A stretch of 64,000 nt of DNA from a candidate division FCPU426 bacterium. GTDB lineage: Bacteria > Oederibacteriota > Muellerivitia > Muellerivitales > Muellerivitaceae. Made by a program: the position numbers and the translations under genes. The stretch spans positions 31 through 64,030 of the forward strand of contig PLZG01000064.1 in assembly GCA_003152075.1 (NCBI GenBank), read 5' to 3'. Of this stretch, positions 46,670 through 54,843 are shown in pieces. Within the stretch, counting starts at the first letter, position 1. The number at the start of each line of letters is the position of its first letter. The notes under the pieces are model-generated. The model was not told the origin of the DNA and made no database searches. It saw only the letters and a list, made by a program, of their open reading frames with translations.

Positions 46670-49264
46670 ATGGATATCAATAAATTCACCCTTAACGCCC
46701 AAAATGCCCTGCAGGCGGCCCAATCGCTGGCCGGCGAATATGGCCATGCCCAGTTGGACGACGAACACCTGATGCTCACCCTTTTACAACAGGAAGAAAG
46801 CGTAGTGCCGCCCCTCCTCAAGAAGATCGGCGTGGACCCAGCTTTGCTGGAAAAGGCCCTGGAAAAGGATTTGAAAGGCCTGCCCAAGGTGGAAGGTGGG
46901 GGGCAAATCTTCGCCACGCCCCGGCTGGCCAAGGTCCTCGACCAAGCCCACAAGGAAGCGGACAAGATGAAGGATGAGTATGTCTCCACCGAGCACTTAT
47001 TCCTGGCGCTTTTAGACGCGCCGCACGCCCAAGGTTACGGCGAGGACTGGGGAGTGAAGGGCCTCACCAAACGCTACGGTTTGAATCGCGACAATGTTTT
47101 GAAAGCCCTCTCCGAAGTCCGGGGTTCCACCCGCGTGACCGACCAGAATCCGGAGGGCAAGTACCAGGCCCTGGAAAAATATGGCAAGGATTTGTGCGAT
47201 CTAGCCCGCCGGGGAAAGCTTGATCCCGTTATCGGGCGCGATGAGGAAATCCGCCGGGTCATCCAGGTTCTCTCCCGCCGTACCAAGAACAATCCCGTAC
47301 TTATAGGAGAACCGGGCGTGGGCAAGACCGCCATTGCCGAAGGTTTAGCTGGGCGTATCGTTTCCGGGGACGTGCCGGAAGGTTTGAAGGGCAAGAAGGT
47401 CATCTCGCTGGATATCGGGGCCATGGTGGCCGGCGCCAAGTTCCGTGGCGAATTCGAGGATCGCTTGAAGGCTTTCCTGAAGGAAGTCACCGAAAGCGAA
47501 GGCCAGATCATCCTCTTTATCGACGAGCTGCATAACCTGGTAGGGGCCGGAAAGGCCGAAGGCTCCATGGACGCTTCCAATATGTTAAAGCCCGTCCTGG
47601 CGCGAGGGGAACTGCGGGCCATCGGCGCCACGACACTAGACGAATACCGCAAGTACATCGAGAAGGACCCGGCCCTGGAACGCCGCTTCCAACAGGTCTT
47701 TGTGGGTGAGCCCTCTGTGCCGGATACCATTTCCATCCTCCGGGGCTTGAAGGAACGCTACGAATTGCACCATGGGGTGCGCATCCAGGATTCGGCCCTG
47801 GTGGCTTGCGCGGTGCTTTCCAACCGCTACATCACCAACCGCTTCCTGCCCGACAAGGCCATCGATCTGATGGACGAGGCCGCTTCCAAACTGCGCATTG
47901 AGATCGATTCCATGCCCGTGGCGCTGGACGAGGTGGAACGCAAGATCCGCCAACTGGAAATTGAGAAACAGGCCCTACAGAAAGAGAAGGATGAGGCTTC
48001 CAAGGAACGCCTGGCCCGCCTGGAAAAGGAAATGGCGGACCTGAAGGAAAACTCCTCCGGAATGAAAGCCCGGTGGCAGGGGGAAAAGAAGGCCATCCAG
48101 GATTTGCGGAAGGCCAAGGAAGAAATCGACACCCTCAAGCTCCAGGAAACCAAGTTAGAGCGGGAAGGCAAGCTCGATAAGGTGGCTGAAATCCGCTACG
48201 ACAAGGTTCCTAAACTACAGGCGCAATTAAAAGAACTGGAAGCCAAGCTGGCCGAGGTCCAGAAAAAGGGAGCCATGTTAAAGGAAGAGGTTACCGACCA
48301 GGAAATCGCCGAGATCGTGGCCAAGTGGACGGGCATCCCGGTTTCCAAAATGATGGAAGGGGAGACGGAAAAGCTTATTCACCTGGAAGACGCCTTGAGG
48401 AAAAGGGTCGTGGGGCAGGAAGAGGCTGTCGAGGCCGTATCCAACGCCATCCGCCGGTCCCGTTCGGGGCTATCCGACCCGAACAAGCCCCTAGGCTCGT
48501 TCCTCTTTGTGGGGCCCACGGGCGTGGGCAAGACCGAGCTGGCGAAGGCGCTGGCTTCTTATCTATTCGACGACGAGAAGATGATGGTGCGCATCGACAT
48601 GAGCGAGTATATGGAGAAACATTCGGTCTCCAGGCTCTTAGGCGCCCCTCCGGGCTATGTGGGTTATGACGAAGGCGGGCAATTGACCGAGGCGGTTCGC
48701 CGCAGGCCCTATTGCGTCATTCTTTTTGACGAGGTGGAAAAGGCCCACGCTGACGTGTTCAATGTCCTGCTCCAGGTGCTGGATGACGGCCGACTGACTG
48801 ATTCCCAAGGCCGGGTGGTGGATTTCAAGAATACCGTGCTGATTATGACAAGTAACATTGCTTCCCAGGCCATTATGGAATCCAAGGCCACGGATAAGGA
48901 CCTAAAGGATGCCCTGCAAAAGGAATTGCGCCAGTTCTTCCGGCCCGAATTCCTCAACCGTATCGACGATATCGTGATTTTCCACAGGCTCAAGGAAGAC
49001 CAGTTGGAATCCATCGTGGATATTCAGTTGGATGGCTTAAGGGCCCGCCTGGCGGATAAAAAGATCAAGCTGGAAATGTCCAAGGGCGCTTTGGTTTATC
49101 TCGCCGAGCGCGGTTATGACCCGGTTTATGGGGCTCGTCCTCTAAAAAGATTAATTCAACACGAACTCGTGGATAAGATGGCCCTGAAGCTCCTCGACGG
49201 AGAGATCAAGGACGGCCAGACGGTCAAAGTTGATGTTAAGAGTGGTGAATTAATCATTAAGTAA
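46670..49264 (+). CDS. clpB: ATP-dependent disaggregase ClpB
   Basis: Two Walker A motifs ([16 protein letters not shown]), middle coiled-coil domain, [21 protein letters not shown]. Confidence 0.98.
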   Translation: MDINKFTLNAQNALQAAQSLAGEYGHAQLDDEHLMLTLLQQEESVVPPLLKKIGVDPALLEKALEKDLKGLPKVEGGGQIFATPRLAKVLDQAHKEADKMKDEYVSTEHLFLALLDAPHAQGYGEDWGVKGLTKRYGLNRDNVLKALSEVRGSTRVTDQNPEGKYQALEKYGKDLCDLARRGKLDPVIGRDEEIRRVIQVLSRRTKNNPVLIGEPGVGKTAIAEGLAGRIVSGDVPEGLKGKKVISLDIGAMVAGAKFRGEFEDRLKAFLKEVTESEGQIILFIDELHNLVGAGKAEGSMDASNMLKPVLARGELRAIGATTLDEYRKYIEKDPALERRFQQVFVGEPSVPDTISILRGLKERYELHHGVRIQDSALVACAVLSNRYITNRFLPDKAIDLMDEAASKLRIEIDSMPVALDEVERKIRQLEIEKQALQKEKDEASKERLARLEKEMADLKENSSGMKARWQGEKKAIQDLRKAKEEIDTLKLQETKLEREGKLDKVAEIRYDKVPKLQAQLKELEAKLAEVQKKGAMLKEEVTDQEIAEIVAKWTGIPVSKMMEGETEKLIHLEDALRKRVVGQEEAVEAVSNAIRRSRSGLSDPNKPLGSFLFVGPTGVGKTELAKALASYLFDDEKMMVRIDMSEYMEKHSVSRLLGAPPGYVGYDEGGQLTEAVRRRPYCVILFDEVEKAHADVFNVLLQVLDDGRLTDSQGRVVDFKNTVLIMTSNIASQAIMESKATDKDLKDALQKELRQFFRPEFLNRIDDIVIFHRLKEDQLESIVDIQLDGLRARLADKKIKLEMSKGALVYLAERGYDPVYGARPLKRLIQHELVDKMALKLLDGEIKDGQTVKVDVKSGELIIK

Positions 49265-49315
49265 CTGTCATTAGGAGGCACCCCAATCGGGGTGTTTGCT
49301 GATGTGGCAACCGCA
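49265..49315 (+). repeat. Degenerate GTCATT-family REP
   Basis: CTGTCATTAGGAGG-CACCCCAATCGGGGTG-...GATGTGGCAACC. Confidence 0.5.
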
Positions 49316-49803
49316 AGTGCAATTTATAGGTTTCTTCCTTTTCGAAAAATAAACAGGGAAAACGGTTTTTCCCAAGCGGGACATCCCTATTCGGGGGGGT
49401 GGCCGTTGGGTGAAGTTGGTGTTTGTGGCACCAGGGTGATAGCCTGTTTCTAGAAGATGACTTCCCGAAAGAAGTCCTCTTTCATCGTTTTTTCAGGCCC
49501 GGCCTGCAGCCGGGTTTGCCATCCGAGCCGTTCCATTGGTTTGCCCACCAAAGATTTCATTCATCCCGGTCTTCCTGTCCTTTGGAGTTGCACTCTTGAG
49601 GCGGGAGTCCGGTTTTTCAGTCCCCGGCCTGGGTATTTTCATGCCGGGACTGTTTTCCGTTTCACCCACGAAATTATGGCCTATTGACGAGGAAAGCCAT
49701 GGTTTCCTTCCACGAGGACCGGCTTTGGGAGCCGGCCCCGGGACCACCCCACCTAGGCTGAAACCTAGCCCATCGATGATCGGTGTTTCGCTAGGAGGAT
49801 GCG

Positions 49804-50085
49804 ATGAGAAAAGTAAAACTGGTCTCGTTTTTGGTTTTGAGCTTGGCCCTGTCGGTAGCGCTCCCCGCCTTGGTTTTGGGGCAATCAGTGCCTAAGCCCC
49901 CCGGCGGAAAGCCAACCCCTGTTCCCACATCGACCCCGACCCCTGTCATCGGGGATGACGATGGCGATGTGGACGAGGACGGGGTGGGTTGCTTGGGGGC
50001 GCTGGATTTCCTGTGCAATTGGGGTGGATGTTATCACTTCTACTATTCCAAGTTCGACGGCCAGGGGAGATGCGAACGCCAATAA
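49804..50085 (+). CDS. Small secreted protein: signal peptide, Pro/Thr linker, acidic stretch, 4-Cys C-terminus
   Basis: RBS AGGAGG; hydrophobic N-terminus; own terminator at 50107. Confidence 0.75.
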   Translation: MRKVKLVSFLVLSLALSVALPALVLGQSVPKPPGGKPTPVPTSTPTPVIGDDDGDVDEDGVGCLGALDFLCNWGGCYHFYYSKFDGQGRCERQ

Positions 50086-50106
50086 AACTGGAGAAGGTGC
50101 AATTGG

Positions 50107-50139
50107 GGCCGGTTCCCTTTGGGTAGCCGGCCTTTTTTT
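50107..50139 (+). terminator. Intrinsic terminator
   Basis: GGCCGGTT...AGCCGGCC followed by TTTTTTT. Confidence 0.8.
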
Positions 50140-50200
50140 ATTTATTGAGGAGGTCCATGGAAAAGCGCCAAAGGGGCCAGCATGGCCCTTTTGGCGCTCT

Positions 50201-50329
50201 TTAAAAAGATTAATTCAGCATGAACTTGTGGATAAAATGGCCTTGAAGCTCCTCGATGGGGAGATCAAGGATGGCCAGACGGTGAAAGTGGATTTTTCTA
50301 AAGGTGGGAAATTAATCATTAAGGTTTAA
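50201..50329 (+). pseudogene. Displaced clpB 3' tail, copy 1 ([42 protein letters not shown])
   Basis: 31 codons identical in protein sequence to clpB 49142-49234, with 11 synonymous differences. Confidence 0.92.
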
Positions 50330-50344
50330 CAAAAGAGGTTTGTC

Positions 50345-50539
50345 ATGCCAGCCAAGCCATCTCCTAAAAAATCCGGGTTGTCCCCCGACTACCATTACGA
50401 CGCTGATCATGATCAAGTCGAAATCCTCTGGAAATGCCTGCGCTGCGGCGAACTGATGCCGCGGGGTTCCCAACCTCCCGATAAATGTCCTTCCTGCGGC
50501 GCCCCCAAGACGGAATTCGTTTTATTGGATGAGGATTAG
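50345..50539 (+). CDS. Rubredoxin-like (CxxC...CxxC) small protein
   Basis: WKCLRCG...PPDKCPSCGAPKTEF; RBS AGAGG. Confidence 0.8.
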   Translation: MPAKPSPKKSGLSPDYHYDADHDQVEILWKCLRCGELMPRGSQPPDKCPSCGAPKTEFVLLDED

Positions 50540-50689
50540 AACCTCTAACAAAATTCAAAGGCATTGAAACAGGGATGGACGCAGACGTGCTACGCACGCG
50601 CAGATATGAAGAAAACAAGAAGTTTTAAGCTTTTTAATCGGCGTTCATCAGCGTTTATCACTGTTCCAAGGATTTTTGTTAGAGCCTCT
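50540..50689 (-). mobile_element. MITE-like element, copy 2 (~150 bp)
   Basis: AACCTCTAACAAAA ... TTTTGTTAGAGCCTCT terminal inverted repeats; matches the reverse complement of 17135-17293. Confidence 0.75.
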
Positions 50690-50714
50690 TAATCTCTTTT
50701 CGACGGAGAAAAAC

Positions 50715-51103
50715 ATGAGGGAAGTCAAAGTTTCGAAGGGGCCCGGCCAGCTGGCCCAACAGGTGGAGATCGGCCCCATCACTTGACCGCCGATGAGCCC
50801 ACGACCAACCAGGGGGAGGATTTGGGCCCCAATCCCTTCGAGTACCTGGCTGCCGCCCTGGGCGCCTGCACGGCCCTGACCGCCAAACTTTACGCGAAGC
50901 GGAAGGAATGGCCCCTGGAGGACACCGACGTCCGGGTCGCCCTCACCCGGCAGGATGATTTGACGGTCTTTGACCGGAAGGTGAAATTCGTGGGGAATCT
51001 GGACCAGGCCCAAAGGGAACGGCTTCTGGAGATCGTCAACCATTGCCCGGTCCATAAGGCCCTTACCGGCCGCATCCGGGTTGATACGGCGCTTGTGGAA
51101 TAA
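50715..51103 (+). pseudogene. OsmC/Ohr-family protein with a 1-bp frameshift (or sequencing error)
   Basis: ATG 50715 (RBS GGAG) gives MREVKVSKGPGQLAQQVEIGP; one extra C in CCCC 50774-50777 would join it to HHLTADEP...ALGACT...CPVH. Confidence 0.8.
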
Positions 51104-51127
51104 TTTTCCGGCCTAAAGGAGAACCGC

Positions 51128-51466
51128 GTGGCGATAACCAAGGAAGAACTGCTGGAAAAGATGAAGGAAAAGAATGTGGTGGTCCTGGATGTCCTGCCCT
51201 TTGCGGATTATGAAAAGCTGAGGATCAAGGGGTCGGATAGCTTGCCGATCATCGGAATACGCCCGGAGGTTTTCGCCCGGGCGGTCGAGGCCAAATACGG
51301 GAAGGACAAGTTCTTCGTTACTTATTGTTCCGGCTTTCCTTGCCGCCATTTCATGGAAGCGGCCGATGCCCTCGTCAAACAGGGCCTTCAAGCGCAGGGT
51401 TATCCGGGCGGTATCCAGGAATGGGCCGAATCGGGACTGCCGGTGGAAGGAACCCAGGTCAAATAA
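51128..51466 (+). CDS. Rhodanese-like domain protein
   Basis: VVLDVLP..DY..RIKGS, TYCSG, YPGGIQEWAESGLPVE; RBS AAGGAG. Confidence 0.9.
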   Translation: MAITKEELLEKMKEKNVVVLDVLPFADYEKLRIKGSDSLPIIGIRPEVFARAVEAKYGKDKFFVTYCSGFPCRHFMEAADALVKQGLQAQGYPGGIQEWAESGLPVEGTQVK

Positions 51467-51470
51467 ATCG

Positions 51471-51582
51471 ACGGTCAAAGTGGATGTGTCCAAGGGCGGC
51501 CTGCCCTCCGACCTGCTTGCCGAAGCTTTAGCGTAGGCGGGAGCTTTATGCGTAGGAGGGGGAACTAATGATTAAGTCGTAA
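51471..51582 (+). pseudogene. Displaced clpB 3' tail, copy 2 (TVKVDVSKGG[REP]ELMIKS*) interrupted by a nested REP
   Basis: ACGGTCAAAGTGGATGTGTCCAAGGGCGG...GGAACTAATGATTAAG versus clpB end [14 protein letters not shown]. Confidence 0.8.
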
Positions 51583-51680
51583 AGTGTTAAATGGTCAATG
51601 TTCCCCGGTGACAACAAAGATAAGCTTCTGACAGCCTCCCCCTCTATCCCATAGTCTAAATTTGCCATTTTCCCTTATTA

Positions 51681-54266
51681 ATGGCCATGGCATGTCCTAT
51701 GCACCCTCAATCCAAACGACTTTTTCCTTTTGCCGGAGAGGTGTGCGTGGAAATAAGGAAGTTTTCCCCAAAATTTCGGTTGTTTGGTCCTTTCGGATTT
51801 ACAGGTCCCTCCAGGTCGCAAACCCGGTATTGGACAAGGGGTATCTTCTTGGCCGTGAGCCTCTTCTGGGGGATCACCCAACCCGGAACTAGCCAACAGC
51901 TTGGAATCTTCACGGTCGGCAGCACTGTTTATCCCACCCAGGGTTTGCGGCGTGTGGCCAAGATTGTGTTGAGCAATACGAACTATCAAGGGCTTTACGG
52001 CGCGGCGATCGACGCGGCCAACGGTTACGCTTATTGGGTAGGACGCAACGGCTCGCTCAGTAAAATCAATTTGACGACCTTCACCGAGGAAAGCACGATC
52101 GTCGGCCTCGGGCAATCCTATGGTTCTTTTGTCGATGACCCGAATGGATTTGGTTATTTTGAATCCGGGGCGAATATCTATAAGGTAAAACTTGGCGGCC
52201 CCGCGGTGCTTCCCATACTAGAAGCCACGCTTGTTCCCGGTGGAAATTTTTACGGCGGGGTGATTGATAAGAGCAACGCGGACCCCACCAAGCATTACAT
52301 CTATTTTATCGATGGCAATAAACCCGCAACGGTCTACAAGTATTTGCTGCCCTCGCCCTCCGGTGGTGACTTGGATAATAAACTGCCCACTTTGGTGGGT
52401 TCGGTTCTCTTAAACAGCCCTAACTTTCCTACTACGGGTTTCACCTACCATGGTGTGATAGACACCGGAGCCGGCTTCGCCTACTTTTCCGGTTTTAACA
52501 CCAATCAGATAGCCAAAATCGCCCTGAATGGGGCGGGTACCCCCACCGAAGTTGGCGTCATAACAACAACCGATCCGGCGACCACTGCTTATGGTTTCCT
52601 CCCTGATATTGACGCGACCGGCGCGACCCATTACGCCTATTTGGGAACCTATGTACCTCACGTGCTTGCGGATGTGGTTAAGATCAACCTGACGAGTTTT
52701 ACCGAGGTCTCCAACGCGACACTCAACTCGGGGACAGGAGGCTGTAACGGCCCCACCGCAATGGAACAAATGCTTTCCGCCGGGCTGGGCGATTCGACCA
52801 GCGGCTATACGGTTTATGGAACGGACGGCGTTTTTCCGATGAAGGTTTTCAAGATCAAGAACAACGCCGGTAATTTGGCTCCAACCGAAAACGCCGGGGC
52901 GCCCCTTTCGCTCCTGGGGGGGACAAGCGTTCCACCTTGTGATGGAAATGCCGGAGTAGCCGATGCCTCTCCCGATGGCGGCCTCACTTATCCCTATGGG
53001 GAAGTTTTTGCCCAGGGTTCGGTGATCGACAATGGGGCCGGTTACGCTTATTTTGGAACCGATAGTGGACCGGGACAAATAATAAAGGTAGCCTTCTCTC
53101 AAAAAGCGGCCATCAAGGGAACAAAGGTTGTGTTGGCCCAAGCGGTCACCGTAAACGACCTCAATTTTTATTCCACCGCGGCGGGCGGGCATGTGCGTCT
53201 GGCCATTTACGACAATGCCGCCACTCCCAACCTGCTTTGGGATTCGGGCGCGTTGGTCAATGGCGCTACCGGATGGATCACGGCCACCATCGCTTCGGGT
53301 AGCCCCTCTTCCCTGACCCTCAACCCCGGAACTTACTGGCTGTGCTGGCAAGTGGATACCACGTTGGACATTCCCAGCTACAGTTCGGGAAACCCGGGCG
53401 ACGGTTTTTTACAGGATCAGGCTTTCGGGGCTTATCCGGGAATCTTGAACACAACCCAAAGTACCTCCGAAACCTGGAGCGAGTACCTGGATTACACCGT
53501 TTCCGGGGCTACCCCCAGCGCGACAGCTTCCCCGACTCCGACATTAACTCCAACACAAACGGGGACCAATACCTTGACGTCTACGCCGACAAGTACTCCT
53601 TCGAGCACTCCCACCACCACACCCAGCAATAGCCCGACGAATACAGCCACCAACAGTCCGATTCCAAGTCCCACCAATACGGGAACCCTTGCCCCCACCA
53701 ATACCGCAACGAGTAGCCCTACGAATACGTCCACGAACACGCCTTCTCAAACGCCAACATCCACGGCCACGAATAGCTTGACCCCGACCGCATCCAACAG
53801 CCCAAGCGCGACGGCGACAGCATCCTTGACCAACAGCCCGACTTTGTCGCCCACAGGGACGGCCTCATCGACACCGACTTTGACCCCAACCCAAACGGAA
53901 ACAGGCACACCGACGAATACCCTGTCCGCTACTCCCACCGGGTCACTTACCAACACCCCAACCCCGGCGGTGACGGGAGTGGTGATCGGGCTACCCTATC
54001 CCAATCCCATCCGGGGCGAAGGGCCCCTTAACATTGACGTGCAGGGCCCATCGGGAACTACCCTTACCTGGGATGTTTTTACGGCGGCTTATCGTAAGAT
54101 CGCGGGCGGCTCCCAGCCTGTTTCGGGAAGCACTACCATCGCCTGGGACCTAACCGATAAGTTTGGCACCCCCGTGGCCAACGGCCTCTATTACATCCGG
54201 ATCAAGGTGACGGTGGGTGGGGCAGTGACCACTAAAATTTTGAAGGTACTTGTCTTAAATCATTAA
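51681..54266 (+). CDS. Secreted repeat (beta-propeller-like) protein + Thr-rich linker + C-terminal Ig-like domain
   Basis: Recurrent (G)VID...YAYFG...I.K(I/V).L blades; PYPNP...WDLTDKFGTPVANGLYY; start uncertain. Confidence 0.8.
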   Translation: MAMACPMHPQSKRLFPFAGEVCVEIRKFSPKFRLFGPFGFTGPSRSQTRYWTRGIFLAVSLFWGITQPGTSQQLGIFTVGSTVYPTQGLRRVAKIVLSNTNYQGLYGAAIDAANGYAYWVGRNGSLSKINLTTFTEESTIVGLGQSYGSFVDDPNGFGYFESGANIYKVKLGGPAVLPILEATLVPGGNFYGGVIDKSNADPTKHYIYFIDGNKPATVYKYLLPSPSGGDLDNKLPTLVGSVLLNSPNFPTTGFTYHGVIDTGAGFAYFSGFNTNQIAKIALNGAGTPTEVGVITTTDPATTAYGFLPDIDATGATHYAYLGTYVPHVLADVVKINLTSFTEVSNATLNSGTGGCNGPTAMEQMLSAGLGDSTSGYTVYGTDGVFPMKVFKIKNNAGNLAPTENAGAPLSLLGGTSVPPCDGNAGVADASPDGGLTYPYGEVFAQGSVIDNGAGYAYFGTDSGPGQIIKVAFSQKAAIKGTKVVLAQAVTVNDLNFYSTAAGGHVRLAIYDNAATPNLLWDSGALVNGATGWITATIASGSPSSLTLNPGTYWLCWQVDTTLDIPSYSSGNPGDGFLQDQAFGAYPGILNTTQSTSETWSEYLDYTVSGATPSATASPTPTLTPTQTGTNTLTSTPTSTPSSTPTTTPSNSPTNTATNSPIPSPTNTGTLAPTNTATSSPTNTSTNTPSQTPTSTATNSLTPTASNSPSATATASLTNSPTLSPTGTASSTPTLTPTQTETGTPTNTLSATPTGSLTNTPTPAVTGVVIGLPYPNPIRGEGPLNIDVQGPSGTTLTWDVFTAAYRKIAGGSQPVSGSTTIAWDLTDKFGTPVANGLYYIRIKVTVGGAVTTKILKVLVLNH

Positions 54267-54591
54267 AAGGACAAGTTCTTCATCACTTATTGCTCGGGTT
54301 TTCCCTGCCGCCATTTCATTGAAGCGGCCTATGCCCTCGTCCAACAGGGCCTTCAAGCGCAGGGTTATCCGGGCGGTATCCAGGAATGGGCCGAATCGGG
54401 ACTGCCGGTGGAAGGAACCCAGGTCAAATAAATCGACGGCAAAGCCTGCCCCGAGCTTGCCTGCGGTGAGCGACCGACCTGTCCCCAGAAGCTGCCTGTC
54501 TACCGAAGCTTTAACGTAGGTAGATAGCGTAGGGGGAAGGGAGTCGAATCCGGTCGGCGTGCCCAAGGGCGGGGAACTGATGATCAAGTAA
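54267..54591 (+). pseudogene. Rhodanese 3' tail copy (54267-54431) + clpB tail copy 3 with nested REPs
   Basis: Close match to 51302-51474, starting directly after the 54266 stop; ends ...CCCAAGGGCGGGGAACTGATGATCAAGTAA (KGGELMIK*). Confidence 0.9.
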
Positions 54592-54843
54592 GTCGGCCTG
54601 CCCATCCCGCAAATTCCCGCGGATATTATTAACGCCTTGTAAAATAATCCGTTTTAAATCTATACCATTGCGGCAAACCCTGAATTCTCTCTTACTCCAC
54701 CCCCGGGTGGAGAAAATGATTGACTTTATAAACCCATGTTTTTATAAAAGGTAACTGTTTTCCCGCTTACACCGCTATTTCCCCACATAAGCCGGGTAGA
54801 AATTAAATTTTTTCCATTTCCATGGATACCAGGAGAGGTTTGC

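Noticed and set aside
49955-50329. 124-aa ORF ending in ClpB sequence as a real fusion gene
   Set aside because: It overlaps the 49804 gene out of frame and runs through its terminator; better explained as a stranded clpB tail
54660-54720. GGCAAACC motif suggesting a c-di-GMP-I riboswitch before the autotransporter
   Set aside because: The downstream GAAA loop and GCAAAGC/second stem are absent
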